Positions 34,182 through 44,572 of a stretch of 61,534 bases of DNA are shown here, in pieces. The stretch covers positions 1-61,534 of the IMG/VR virus record IMGVR_UViG_3300010366_000013. One strand, given 5' to 3'. The translations under genes were made by a program, and so were the position numbers. Origin of the DNA: a virus. Its lineage: Duplodnaviria; Caudoviricetes. Every line of letters starts with the position of its first letter. The first letter of the stretch is position 1. Under the pieces are notes generated by a model. The model was not told the DNA's origin, ran no database searches, and saw nothing but the letters and a program-made list of their open reading frames with translations.

Positions 34182-36833
34182 ATGGCCACCACCGCGACAG
34201 ATACCCCCGACACCAAGAATTTCACGCCGCCGCCCGCGACGCCGAATTACCTGACCCCATCACCCGGTTCCCCGCAGCGCGCGCCGGATCCGGCGTCATC
34301 AGTCGATGGCGCGGTCAGGCAACTGCAGGCGCAGGGAGTAATCGGCACTGGGACGAAGGTCGGGGCCGCACTGCCTGGCGCGGGGGCTGCTGGTGCCGCT
34401 ACCCCAGCACCGGCAACGCCCGCCGGCGGCACCGCGGCCACCACGACGCAGAGCGCCACGCCGACCGCGCCAGCGGACGGTTCCCTCGTCACGCCGCAGG
34501 CCGTTACCGATTTCCTGGCGCAGCCGAACCCGCGGTTCGATGCGTTCTGGGCGAAGATGACGCCGCGCGAAAGCGGCGGTAAAGACGTGCCGAATTTCCG
34601 CTACGACCCGACCCATACGGCGAGCGGCCCAGCGCAGATTACCGACACCAACTGGAAGGATTGGGCACCGCGCCTCGGGATCGATATCAAGCGGTTCCCG
34701 ACTGCGATGTCGGCCAAGCCTGAATGGCAGAAGGCGGTCACGAAGCTCGGCTGGATGATGTACGGCGAGACGCCGTGGGACGCCGCGCACGGCGGCTCGC
34801 TGCCTGTCACCGGGCAGGGTGGATCTCAGGGGATCCAGTATCCCGGGGCTGATAGCGCCGCCAAAATAAACGAGCTCTACGGAACGAAGGCGGCTGATCT
34901 CGACAAGAGAGTGGCGGCAGCAACCGCGAAGATCAATTCGATGGACGGCGACATCGGCGAGATGAGGAAGCGCATCCTCGCGGCGCGTGACCAGGCCGAC
35001 GCGGCGCAGGACAACGCCATGAAGGCGATTGCCAAGGCGCCAGCAAACCCCGAGATCGACGGAATTAAGCACGCCAGCGGACTCGCCACGATCATCGGTA
35101 TCCTCGGCGGCGCGCTGACCAAACACCCGATGCTTGCGAGCGCGAACGCGGCGGCGGCGGCGATCGAGTCGTACAACGCGGGCGACCTCAACAACTACAA
35201 GATCGCCTACCAGAATTGGAAAACGCAGACCGACCTGTTGTTCAAGGTCGCGGACATGAACGCGACCCGCGTCAAAGACATCATGGACGAGGAGAAGCTG
35301 CCGCTCGAGGAAAAGAGGCTACAGGTTGATTTGTACTTGCGCGCGGCCGGGTTGGAGCAACTCGCCGACCAGGCTCGGATCGAGGGGCCGAAAGCCGTCC
35401 TCGATTGGCAAACGACGATGTACAACGCGGTCGAACAGGCGCGTACCCACCGCGAAGAAATGGAGATGAACAATTGGTATCGCCTGCAGTCGCTCGATCG
35501 CCCGGTTCCGCAGGTCGATAAAGAAGGCAACCCCGGTCTGTACTACCCCTACTCAAGGCGGTGGGAGCCGACGCCGGGCATGCCGGTGGGTAAGGGCGCG
35601 GGGGCGACGGCGGCCGGCGATCTCGACCGCGCGGTCAATTCCCAGTACCAGGCGTGGTTGCAGACTGATGAGGGTAAAAACGCCACCGATGCTCAAAAAG
35701 ATCAGAAGAAGGTCGCGATCCGGCAGGATTTGGTAAACCAAGGAAAAGGTGGCCCGTCCGGACAGGCAGCGAGAGACGTCAACAACGCGGTCGAAACCGA
35801 GTTGAACTTTTGGCGTAAGACCCCCGAAGGTCAGAAGGCTGACGACCTCCAAATCGCCCAGAAGCGCGTCGAGTTGCGCGGCAAATACGCCACTGAGGTC
35901 AAAGGCGGCAAAGTTGCCGACTTGTCGGCTGTCCTTGATGCTGACGTGGCGGATTATGTCGCCGCACACCCGGGCGCCAGCGGGCCCGAAATCGCCAAGG
36001 CTCGCTTCGATGCCCGCGTAAATCGCGAGACGGAAGAAAAGCAGCGTGCGAGCGGGAAGCTGAGCGACGCCGCGGTCGATATTCTGGCGCGACGCTGGAT
36101 CATGGGTGACCCCGGGGCGATCACCTCAATGCCGCGCACGGGCATCGCGCGTATTCAGGTCGAAAACCGGATCGGCGAATTGCTGAAAGACGAGCCGGAC
36201 GCCGCTCGCATTACGATTACGAACCGTATGCGTATGCTCGAAGCCGAGGCGGCGGCGCGCACCGCTGGCCGCGTGACGATGCAGACCGAGATCTTTTCAC
36301 AGGAAGCCATCAAGGCCGGCGCCGAGGTGGTGCGTACCTCAAAGCTCGTCCCGCGCACCGACACACCGATGTTCAACGAGGCGCTCAACGCGTTTTATCG
36401 GCAGGAAGGCGACCCCAACATCATCGCGTTCGGCGCCGCCCTCAATGCGTTCGTCAACGCTTACGGCAAGCTGTCAAACCCGACCGGCACCGGCATCCAC
36501 GACCACGACAAGGATGCTTTGCGCGACACGATCAACGCAGCGCTGTCCCAAGGACAAATCGAAGCCGGCGTGGAACAGGTCATCACCGAGGGGCGCATCG
36601 TCTCGGCTGCGGCGGAAGCGGCGCAATTCAAGGTGATCGGCACTATGGTTCCGCCCACGCCCGGCCAGCCAGCGCCAGCCGCGGCACCCGCGCCCGCGGC
36701 TGCGCCACCCGTCCCGCCGTCGCTAAAGCCGTTCCAAGACCAGCACGATTTGCAACGAGATCCGGCATCGGGCCAGTATCGCAGGAAGAGTACCGGACAG
36801 GTCTACGACGCGAACGGTAACCCGGTGCAGTAA
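34182..36833 (+). CDS. internal virion protein with a lysozyme-like transglycosylase domain
   Basis: RESGG...ASGPAQITDTNW...AMSA.PEWQ...YGETPW. Confidence 0.75.
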   Translation: MATTATDTPDTKNFTPPPATPNYLTPSPGSPQRAPDPASSVDGAVRQLQAQGVIGTGTKVGAALPGAGAAGAATPAPATPAGGTAATTTQSATPTAPADGSLVTPQAVTDFLAQPNPRFDAFWAKMTPRESGGKDVPNFRYDPTHTASGPAQITDTNWKDWAPRLGIDIKRFPTAMSAKPEWQKAVTKLGWMMYGETPWDAAHGGSLPVTGQGGSQGIQYPGADSAAKINELYGTKAADLDKRVAAATAKINSMDGDIGEMRKRILAARDQADAAQDNAMKAIAKAPANPEIDGIKHASGLATIIGILGGALTKHPMLASANAAAAAIESYNAGDLNNYKIAYQNWKTQTDLLFKVADMNATRVKDIMDEEKLPLEEKRLQVDLYLRAAGLEQLADQARIEGPKAVLDWQTTMYNAVEQARTHREEMEMNNWYRLQSLDRPVPQVDKEGNPGLYYPYSRRWEPTPGMPVGKGAGATAAGDLDRAVNSQYQAWLQTDEGKNATDAQKDQKKVAIRQDLVNQGKGGPSGQAARDVNNAVETELNFWRKTPEGQKADDLQIAQKRVELRGKYATEVKGGKVADLSAVLDADVADYVAAHPGASGPEIAKARFDARVNRETEEKQRASGKLSDAAVDILARRWIMGDPGAITSMPRTGIARIQVENRIGELLKDEPDAARITITNRMRMLEAEAAARTAGRVTMQTEIFSQEAIKAGAEVVRTSKLVPRTDTPMFNEALNAFYRQEGDPNIIAFGAALNAFVNAYGKLSNPTGTGIHDHDKDALRDTINAALSQGQIEAGVEQVITEGRIVSAAAEAAQFKVIGTMVPPTPGQPAPAAAPAPAAAPPVPPSLKPFQDQHDLQRDPASGQYRRKSTGQVYDANGNPVQ

Positions 36834-38689
36834 TGGCTTGGACTGACGTACCAGCGACACCCGCGACACCCACACCAGCGGCACCGCCAGCCGGTGGTGC
36901 AGGGAATTGGGTCGACGTGCCGGCTGCACCTGCGGCGTCGCCGTCCACCGAAAAGCCGATGTTCAGCGGCCCGCTGATCTCAGACGAGGCGATGTACCAC
37001 GGGCTCATCGCGCCGATCGTCAATCAACTCGATTACCCGGTGCGCGCGGCTGCGGCAGATCTGGCTGCGTCCGCCCCAGCGATGGCTTCCCTCGCGACCG
37101 GCGGGGTCGCCCCGGCAGGCACCCTCGATCAGTGGTGGAAGGTGCGCGACGCGATCGTCAATGCCACCGAGCTCCCCGAAAACAAGTTCGGCCACGGGAT
37201 CTCAGAGGCGATCGGTTTCATCCCCGGGCTCGGGGCGAAAGCCGTACATGGCCTATCCGAGTCTTTGCTCGGCAAAAACATCACCGCAGCGCTCGGCCCG
37301 GCCGCGCAGACCATTACCGATGTGATGCCGTTCCGCGGGCACGCGGTCAGAGACGCGGTTAGAGACACGGTCAGACCGCCGCCGACACCGATGAGGCCAC
37401 TTCCGGCTGTCGAGGGAGCGCAAGGCGCTGGATACAGGCTCGCCCCTGAGATGGCCTCGGAATCGCCCAGCCTGTTTTCGCATCTGATATCGGCGACGGG
37501 GAAAATCAAAAAGGAACAGGAGTTCTCTTACCACAATCAGGAAAACACCGACCGGCTCACGAGGCGGTCGCTCGGCTTGCCCGAGGGCACTTTCCTCGAC
37601 GAGGCGGCGTTTGAGCGGGCGCGCCAGCCGGCGATTAATGCCTATCGCGCACTGGAAGCTGCGGTGCCTGAGATTGTGACCACCGCCGACCCGCGTTTCC
37701 GAGCGGAAATCTCTCGCGCTGGTGCGCGATTGGACGCGCTAGAGGCTGAATACCCCGAAACGAGGAAAAACCCGGATGTTGTAGAGTTGCGGCAAGATAT
37801 GACGCGCTTCCCGGTCAACTCGCCCACTGCCGTGCGCCAACGGATCGCCGAGCTCCGCGAAAAAGCCGGCCGCAATTTCCGCAAGCAGGATGACGCTCAT
37901 GCCCATCAACTTGGGATGGCGCAGCGCGAGGCGGCGATTGCACTCGAAGACGCGGTCGAGCGCTCCATCATGTACAGCCCAGAACAAATCCGCGCGATGA
38001 GGGATGTTTATTCGGCCCAGCAAGAGATCTCGCGATATCAGGAAATGGTGCGTGAAGGGTCGCGCGCTACGGGAGAACCGGTCGACGTGCAGGGCGCACG
38101 AGCGCGGCTGCGTGATGCGCAGGTGCGGGTCGTCCGTAGCTCATTGATCGATCCTGCACGCCGTGCTCGTGCAGAACAGATCTTGGCGAACTTTCGGCAG
38201 GGACGGGAGTTGTTCGCCCGCAGCTACGATCTCGAGTTGGCGACAAACTTCGCCGACGGCCATGTCAGTGCGCGCCGCGTGTCAAACCTACGATCGGGCG
38301 CGCTGAAGCGCAATCTGAGCGGCGAGATGGAGCAAATCGCCAATGCGTACGATTCGTTTCGGAAAGTGATGCAGGATCCAGAGAGTTTTGGCGCGCGAGA
38401 AGCATGGAGCATTCTCGATTTGGCTGGGGCAACCGCTTCATTAGCTACCGGGCACTTCGCGCCAGCCATCGCTACCGGCATGCGGTGGCCGACGCGCGCC
38501 ATGCTGGCGTCGAGGTGGTATCAGGACGTGATGCGGAACCGATACAATCGCCAGGTCAACCCACCAACGCGGGTTCCGACATCACCCATGAGCGGCTATG
38601 TGCAGGGCACCCTGGCACAACCGGAACAGCCAGACCCGTCCGATATATCGTGGCGCTACGCCTTCCCGGCTGGGGTGTCGTCGCCGTAA
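36833..38689 (+). CDS. large internal virion / ejection protein
   Basis: 618 aa, MAWTDVP N-terminus, third of the ejection gene trio. Confidence 0.65.
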   Translation: MAWTDVPATPATPTPAAPPAGGAGNWVDVPAAPAASPSTEKPMFSGPLISDEAMYHGLIAPIVNQLDYPVRAAAADLAASAPAMASLATGGVAPAGTLDQWWKVRDAIVNATELPENKFGHGISEAIGFIPGLGAKAVHGLSESLLGKNITAALGPAAQTITDVMPFRGHAVRDAVRDTVRPPPTPMRPLPAVEGAQGAGYRLAPEMASESPSLFSHLISATGKIKKEQEFSYHNQENTDRLTRRSLGLPEGTFLDEAAFERARQPAINAYRALEAAVPEIVTTADPRFRAEISRAGARLDALEAEYPETRKNPDVVELRQDMTRFPVNSPTAVRQRIAELREKAGRNFRKQDDAHAHQLGMAQREAAIALEDAVERSIMYSPEQIRAMRDVYSAQQEISRYQEMVREGSRATGEPVDVQGARARLRDAQVRVVRSSLIDPARRARAEQILANFRQGRELFARSYDLELATNFADGHVSARRVSNLRSGALKRNLSGEMEQIANAYDSFRKVMQDPESFGAREAWSILDLAGATASLATGHFAPAIATGMRWPTRAMLASRWYQDVMRNRYNRQVNPPTRVPTSPMSGYVQGTLAQPEQPDPSDISWRYAFPAGVSSP

Positions 38690-38838
38690 TAGCGGCGAGC
38701 CCGGTAGCGTTGATATTCGTATATCCACTGTGGAATGATGTCGCTTACGAAGACCCCAACGCCGATCAGCACGTAGGGCGAGGCGACGATCACGAGCCCG
38801 GCCAAAAGAATGCCGGCGGCGATTTCGAGTATCAGCAT
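38656..38838 (-). CDS. small membrane protein (possible superinfection exclusion)
   Basis: hydrophobic 60-aa ORF antisense to the late operon. Confidence 0.45.
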   Translation of the reverse strand: MLILEIAAGILLAGLVIVASPYVLIGVGVFVSDIIPQWIYEYQRYRARRYYGDDTPAGKA

Positions 38839-38873
38839 TGGTATCCCCTAGTCGGTCGCCCGTTAGTAGCCGA

Positions 38874-38922
38874 TTTCGACCGGTTCTGTCCATTGACCCT
38901 CTGAGCCGCCGCTTTTCTCTAT
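38874..38922 (+). promoter_or_regulatory. putative late promoter, copy 2
   Basis: TTTCG-N14-TTGACC-N18-CTCTAT. Confidence 0.5.
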
Positions 38923-38928
38923 GCCGAC

Positions 38929-39201
38929 ATGGCGGCAACCAGACGGCGGCGCTCAGCGCCGGCAGATGATCCGCTCCGCGAGAAGCTCGACCAGCTAGCG
39001 GAGCTCGCCGTCGATCGCGTGCTTGCGAAGGGCAACGACGCCACCCTGCGCGAGATCACGGAGACGCTGAAAACCGTTTCCGCCTACCGCGACAGCACCG
39101 TTGGAGTTGACGCCCCGCCGCCGGCGAAATCGGCGTGGGATCGCTACCGCGGCGTGATGTCGAACGGCAGCGAGGACAAGGCAGATGGCGCGCGCCACTA
39201 G
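38929..39201 (+). CDS. hypothetical protein
   Basis: 90-aa helical ORF. Confidence 0.6.
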   Translation: MAATRRRRSAPADDPLREKLDQLAELAVDRVLAKGNDATLREITETLKTVSAYRDSTVGVDAPPPAKSAWDRYRGVMSNGSEDKADGARH

Positions 39202-39790
39202 GCTTCGTCTCCTCGACGAGCGGCCGGCGCCGGGCGATGACGACCAGCGCCATGTTACCGAAGCTTTTCCCGCACCGCCACCGACCCCGCCGGCGCCTAA
39301 CTCGCAACTCGGCGATGACGTCCTCGCCGTTCTGCGGCGCGACACCGACCGGGCGCTTGGCAACTCCTCTCATGCGGTAGCGACCGCGACGGCGGCGCTC
39401 GATACCGCGCAGCGCGCCGATCAAGTCGCGACCGCCAGCGCCGGCGTCAGCCAGACGCTCGTTCCGCGGGTCGACCAGATGGAAACGGCAACCCGCGAGC
39501 TCGGCGAACGCACGTTTGCCGCGCTGGCACAACAGCAAACAGCGCTCAATACGGCGAAGGCGACCCTAGCCGCTGCGGCGCAGCAAATCGCGGCGCTGGC
39601 GCTGCACATCCTCGCCTACTTGCTCGATCGCGCGCCCGCGCTCCTCGCGCTCGGCGCCGCGGTGTGGCTGTGGCAGCGCGTGCTCGATGACCCGAGCGTG
39701 CTGCGCCTCATCGGCCTCGGGCTCTTTGGGGCGCTGGTGATCGCACCGGCGCTGTGGCTCAGCATTAGGCGAGGGGGCAATGCCGGGTAA
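39185..39790 (+). CDS. coiled-coil protein with C-terminal transmembrane helices
   Basis: two to three hydrophobic segments at the C-terminus. Confidence 0.6.
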   Translation: MARATRLRLLDERPAPGDDDQRHVTEAFPAPPPTPPAPNSQLGDDVLAVLRRDTDRALGNSSHAVATATAALDTAQRADQVATASAGVSQTLVPRVDQMETATRELGERTFAALAQQQTALNTAKATLAAAAQQIAALALHILAYLLDRAPALLALGAAVWLWQRVLDDPSVLRLIGLGLFGALVIAPALWLSIRRGGNAG

Positions 39791-39983
39791 GAAACCGACA
39801 AAACGCGCGTCCTCGGAACGGCAGCGGAAGTTCGCGGGGGCCGAGCTCGGGCGCAAGCGCGCGGGGCAATCGACCGAAACCAACATGAGCGAGGCGCAAC
39901 TGCGCGAACTCGCCCGCAAGCCGGTCAGCCGCGGCGGCGGTGGCAGTCGCCCTAAAGGGAAACGGGGGAGAGCGTCGCGATGA
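39780..39983 (+). CDS. small basic phage protein
   Basis: SERQRKFAGAEL...MSEAQLRELA motif. Confidence 0.65.
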   Translation: MPGKKPTKRASSERQRKFAGAELGRKRAGQSTETNMSEAQLRELARKPVSRGGGGSRPKGKRGRASR

Positions 39984-40381
39984 AAACGCTTCTCGGCGCG
40001 TTCTTCGCGCTGTTGCTACTGACGAGCGGCGCGTGGGCGCAGGCGTATTGCCCGAACAACTCGCCGACCACCACGGTTGTCGCAGCCACCACGTACACGA
40101 TCGGTCAGCGCGACCGTTGCAACATCATCGTCTTCACGAGCTCGAGCGCGATTGCGGTGAGCCTGCCCGGCCCCGGCACCGCCGGCGGCTTCACCGGGAA
40201 TTTCAACATGGCGATCTTCGCGCTCGGCACCGGCACCGTGACGATCACGCCGCAGCCGTATCCGACCGGGGGAACCACGCCGCTGATCAACGGGGCGGCG
40301 ACGGCGACCGTTACCACCGGCACCGCGCGGACGATTTTGCTCGGAACCGACGGCAACTGGTACGCGCCACCGGGAGTCTAG
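39980..40381 (+). CDS. beta-rich protein with a signal peptide
   Basis: MKTLLGAFFALLLLTSGAWA-QA; paralogous to the N-terminal half of the next gene. Confidence 0.7.
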   Translation: MKTLLGAFFALLLLTSGAWAQAYCPNNSPTTTVVAATTYTIGQRDRCNIIVFTSSSAIAVSLPGPGTAGGFTGNFNMAIFALGTGTVTITPQPYPTGGTTPLINGAATATVTTGTARTILLGTDGNWYAPPGV

Positions 40382-40385
40382 CGCG

Positions 40386-41168
40386 ATGGCCGGGTTTAAT
40401 CGCCGCACCAATATCCCGCGCGGGAAGGTCATCACCGCCACGAGCTACACGATCTCAGGCGATGATTGCGACCGCACCCTGGTTTTCACGAGCAACAACC
40501 CGATCGCGGTCACGCTGCCCGCACCCGGCACAGTCGGTGATTTCTACGAGAATTTCGTCACCACGCTGTTCGCGTCGGGGTCTGGGAATATCACCATCAC
40601 GCCGTCTCCCTATTCGGTAGGATTTGCCCTCACGCCGCTGATCAATGGCCAGGCGACCGCCGCAGTGGCGGCCGGGTTCACCCGCGAAATCCTGCTTGGC
40701 ACCGATGGCAACTGGTACGCGCCAGGCGGCGGCTACGTGACGGGGCAGATCCCGGGAACGCAGACCAACGACAACGCTGCGGCGGGCAATGTCGGCGAGC
40801 TACAGACCAACCAGGCGAACACCGTTTCGATGACGAGCGGCATCTCCAACACGGTCGTCTCGGTGGGGTTGACGGCCGGCGATTGGGATGTGTGGGCGCA
40901 TACCAACATCCTGCCGCAAGCCGGCTGCATCCCGACCGCCCTCATCCTCTCGACCAATACGGTGGCCGCTTTCCCCGGTCAGGACGATCCGTCAACCACC
41001 AATCTGCAACTGACGTTCCCCACCGCGACCGAACAGGTCATGTCCAGCGGGATGAAGCGGTACGCAGTCCCGCAGCCCGGTCAGACGATCTTCTCCGTCC
41101 TAAACCCGATCTTCACCGGCGGCACGATGAATGCCAACGGCAGCATCTGGGCGCGGAGGCGGCGATGA
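40386..41168 (+). CDS. tail fibre-associated protein
   Basis: N-terminal half duplicates the previous gene; C-terminal GTQTNDNAAAGNVGE...LTAGDWDV...IWARRRR. Confidence 0.65.
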   Translation: MAGFNRRTNIPRGKVITATSYTISGDDCDRTLVFTSNNPIAVTLPAPGTVGDFYENFVTTLFASGSGNITITPSPYSVGFALTPLINGQATAAVAAGFTREILLGTDGNWYAPGGGYVTGQIPGTQTNDNAAAGNVGELQTNQANTVSMTSGISNTVVSVGLTAGDWDVWAHTNILPQAGCIPTALILSTNTVAAFPGQDDPSTTNLQLTFPTATEQVMSSGMKRYAVPQPGQTIFSVLNPIFTGGTMNANGSIWARRRR

Positions 41169-41665
41169 CCCGTGTACTCGCGCTTCTCCTCTGCCTGATC
41201 GCCGCGTCGGCGAGCGCGCAGAAACCGGCAGCGGGGCCACCGGGAGCGGCGGTGACGTCGGTGGCGACCGGCGCATCCGGCCAGGCACTCGCACAACAGC
41301 AATCGACCGCGGCGGAAGCGAGCCACATCTTCAACAACAATGGCGGCGGCGTCGGGCCCGGCAATCTCTACACGCTCGGTGCGGTCAATACCGGGGCCGC
41401 CGGATTTGTGCTGCTGATCGATGGAACGACGCTGCCCGCCAACGGCACGCTACCCGCGTGCGGCAGCACCAACGCGGCTGGGTGCCTCAAGGGGTGCTAC
41501 GTGCTCCCGATCGGCAGCACGACGCCGGCCTATTTCAATATCGAGCTATCGCCCGGCGTGCCCATCCCGTTCGTGAACGGGGTCGTCGTCGCGTACAGCA
41601 CGACCGGGTGCTTCGCCCTGACCATCGGCACCGCCGCCGTTTTCTTCGAAGGCAGGGTTTACTGA
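41165..41665 (+). CDS. beta-rich protein with a signal peptide
   Basis: MTRVLALLLCLIAASASA-Q. Confidence 0.65.
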   Translation: MTRVLALLLCLIAASASAQKPAAGPPGAAVTSVATGASGQALAQQQSTAAEASHIFNNNGGGVGPGNLYTLGAVNTGAAGFVLLIDGTTLPANGTLPACGSTNAAGCLKGCYVLPIGSTTPAYFNIELSPGVPIPFVNGVVVAYSTTGCFALTIGTAAVFFEGRVY

Positions 41666-41666
41666 C

Positions 41667-44309
41667 ATGTTCCGGTTGGTACTCGCAGTCCTCGCACTGG
41701 CGATTGGGCTGATAAGCGGCACGGCGTCGGCGCAGACGAACGCACCGGTCTACTCAACCGGGGTGCTGACGCCCGGTCACGGCGTGGTGCTGCTACAGAA
41801 CCAGACCCCCGGGTCGGCCGCGATCGTCGGCGATGCCGGGCCAGCCCTCGCCGGCAATTATACCGAGATCGGCATCACCAACACCGGTCTGCCGTTTTGC
41901 ATCAGAGATAGCGTCGGGCCGGGCTATCACATCTTCTGCCTCGGGGCGAACTCGCTCGGCGGCGGGTTGCTGACGTACAGCGCCCAAGGCGGCGCATCAC
42001 CGTTGCCGCTGCAGTTCAGCGTCAACGGGCAAACCTACCAGTTTCCCTTCGCGGTCGGCGGCATCGTCGGCCCAAATCCGAGCGTTGTTGGTCAGCCAGC
42101 CTGCTGGAACAACATGCAGGGTACCGCGCTGGGCAATTGCGGCAGCGTAAAGGCGAATTCCGCCACCTACCAAGCGCAGTCGACGGACTGTTCCAATCAT
42201 CTGAGCGCCGCCGGCAACGCTTTCTACCCGATCACCTTTGGGGCGGCAGCGGGCTATAACCCCGGTTGCACCATCACTGTGTCGAACGACGAGCCGTTTC
42301 CCGGCCGCGGCAAGACCATCGTCATCACGGGAAGTGCCTACACCAATCCGATCCTGCAATCCGGCCAAACCATCACGCTGACCAACCTCGGCTCGGCCTG
42401 GTCGCCGTCGCAGATCACCCCGAAGCGGTGGGGTCAGGTAACCCCCGGCGGCGCCACCCTTAGCGCACTATTCGTTTCGCTGACCGGCAACGATAGCAAC
42501 GACGGGCTCGGCGGCTGCGGCGGCGCTGGCGCTCCGTTCGCCACCCTGAATGCTGCCTATACCTACATGCTGCAGAACATGGATCTGCGCGGTGTAGACC
42601 CCGCCTACATCGTCATGTGCACCGGCACCTATAACGGCGATGCACAGCAACTCCACGCCGCCGGGCTGATGAACTCGCACAACGGCGATCTCGGGGTCAC
42701 GATCACCGGGGAGCTCAGCAACTACAACGGCACCGGAACGTGCAACAACAAGAACGGCGCGACCATCCTGATGAATGCGGCGACGTTTCTCGACGTCGAA
42801 GAGCCGTACAACGTCATTTACGTGCAGTGCATCTCGGTCGGGTCGACCGGCCCCGGCGGGCTGTTTTCCGCTCAGCGGAACGGGACGCTATATCTCGGCG
42901 ACCAAACGGTAATCAACGGCACCGATTCGGGCGGCGGCACCCCGGGGGATATCCCGCAGATCAACGTCAATTACGGTGGGCATGTCCGCCTGCACGACGG
43001 CACGATCTACATCGCACACGACGGGAACGGGCATGGCGCGTTTCTGTCGGTCGGGAATGGAGGAGAGTTTACCGCCTTTTCCGGCACATCGCTTATGTTG
43101 CTCGCCGGAAACTACAGTTGGGCAAATTTCATCCAGGCGTCGAAAGCCAGTTATGTCGATCTTTCCAGCGTGAGTTTCCCCGGGCCTGGCTTAATCGTAT
43201 CCGGCGGCTCTGGGCAGCTTGCGAACATCCAGAGCAACTCGAGCATCTTCACCGGCAGCAATAGTTTCGCGTTCATCCCGAACACCAACCCGACATCCGT
43301 TGGGTTCATCCTCGGCACCGGATCCTGCTACGACAGCTATTGCGGCACGACAGGCCCGCTAGAGCTCTACGCGGCGCCGGGCGGCGTCGATACCAACACG
43401 ACCTGCCAGAACCAATCCGCGCCGTGTTCGTTGCCGAACGCCTGCGCCGTCAGGCAGCGCATCAATACCGCGATCAGCGGTGGGGCGACGATCAACCTCA
43501 CCGCCGGTACCTATTCCCCAACCCCCGATTCGTTCGGCGCGTATTGCACGATCCTTGGCAATTCGGGCGGCAGCGCGCTGACCCTGACCCGGGTCGCCGG
43601 GGCCGGGTACGCCTCGACGACCATCAGCCTAGCCACCGGCGCGACGGGCTTTTACGTCAAGGACGGTGGCGAGCTACAGTTGCAGGATGTCTCGATCGGG
43701 GTCGCCGGTACGGGCGCAAATGCGATTTACTCCGCGCAAGCCGCGGTCGTCGATGTCCAAGGCACGGTGCAACTGCTGACCTTCGACAATGCCTCGACAT
43801 TCGCGCAACTCGGCAACACCGGGATGGTCAACCTGATCGGCACGATCCTTGTCGGGCCGAGCTTTAACCCGAACATGTTCGTCTACAATAACGGTGGGTA
43901 TCTCCTCTCCACCGCGACGATCACCTTCAACAACGCCGCAAGCTTCCACACCGCCTTCATCTACAACAATGGCAGTCGGGTAAGCACCGCCGGCACGACG
44001 ATCAACGGCGCTGGGCTCGCGGGTACGACCGGCCCAAAATACGTCGGGGTCGGTGGTTGCCTGTTTACCGGCGGGGCGCACCCGAACTCGGGCTTCCCCG
44101 GCAGCGTCAACGGTTCTGTCCCGTCCAACTACTGCGGCGATTTCCCGACGGCGACCGCCGTCTCGTTGCTGCCGGCCGCCGGGTCAAATCAAGGACGGCA
44201 CTATTCGGTCAGCGACGCGACCGCCGTCACGTTCGGCTCGATCGTCGCCGGCGGCGGGACGAATACCTTGGGCGTGACCTCTGACGGCACGAACTGGCGG
44301 GAACAGTAA
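41667..44309 (+). CDS. tail fibre/tailspike-like protein with a predicted signal peptide
   Basis: 880 aa; LFVSLTGNDSNDG...APFATL beta-helix cap motif with a second degenerate copy; C-terminal V.SDGTNW; Cys-rich. Confidence 0.7.
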   Translation: MFRLVLAVLALAIGLISGTASAQTNAPVYSTGVLTPGHGVVLLQNQTPGSAAIVGDAGPALAGNYTEIGITNTGLPFCIRDSVGPGYHIFCLGANSLGGGLLTYSAQGGASPLPLQFSVNGQTYQFPFAVGGIVGPNPSVVGQPACWNNMQGTALGNCGSVKANSATYQAQSTDCSNHLSAAGNAFYPITFGAAAGYNPGCTITVSNDEPFPGRGKTIVITGSAYTNPILQSGQTITLTNLGSAWSPSQITPKRWGQVTPGGATLSALFVSLTGNDSNDGLGGCGGAGAPFATLNAAYTYMLQNMDLRGVDPAYIVMCTGTYNGDAQQLHAAGLMNSHNGDLGVTITGELSNYNGTGTCNNKNGATILMNAATFLDVEEPYNVIYVQCISVGSTGPGGLFSAQRNGTLYLGDQTVINGTDSGGGTPGDIPQINVNYGGHVRLHDGTIYIAHDGNGHGAFLSVGNGGEFTAFSGTSLMLLAGNYSWANFIQASKASYVDLSSVSFPGPGLIVSGGSGQLANIQSNSSIFTGSNSFAFIPNTNPTSVGFILGTGSCYDSYCGTTGPLELYAAPGGVDTNTTCQNQSAPCSLPNACAVRQRINTAISGGATINLTAGTYSPTPDSFGAYCTILGNSGGSALTLTRVAGAGYASTTISLATGATGFYVKDGGELQLQDVSIGVAGTGANAIYSAQAAVVDVQGTVQLLTFDNASTFAQLGNTGMVNLIGTILVGPSFNPNMFVYNNGGYLLSTATITFNNAASFHTAFIYNNGSRVSTAGTTINGAGLAGTTGPKYVGVGGCLFTGGAHPNSGFPGSVNGSVPSNYCGDFPTATAVSLLPAAGSNQGRHYSVSDATAVTFGSIVAGGGTNTLGVTSDGTNWREQ

Positions 44310-44311
44310 AG

Positions 44312-44572
44312 ATGGCGAACGGCACGCCAGGCTGGTCGGTGCAGAACACCACGTCGGTGGCGCTGCCGACGACCGCCGGCGTCATCGTGCTGCAGTGGCT
44401 CGTGCACCCGGTGTGGCCACCGCCGACCGATGTCCTCACGATCGCGTGCGGTGCCTTTGCGCCGATCGCGCACCTCGTCGGTCGGGGGATCTACGCCAAG
44501 GTAAATAAGTGGCTGGGTGCGCCGCCGCCCGAGCCAGAGGCGGCACCGCCAGCCGCTGCGGCACCGCCATGA
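44312..44572 (+). CDS. putative holin
   Basis: 86 aa, two hydrophobic segments, end of the late operon. Confidence 0.45.
   Translation: MANGTPGWSVQNTTSVALPTTAGVIVLQWLVHPVWPPPTDVLTIACGAFAPIAHLVGRGIYAKVNKWLGAPPPEPEAAPPAAAAPP

Noticed and set aside
37343-37376. 12-bp tandem repeat (AVRD-like x3), and the 15-bp repeat at 25112-25150
   Set aside because: Short in-frame slippage repeats in low-complexity linkers, with no variable spacers.
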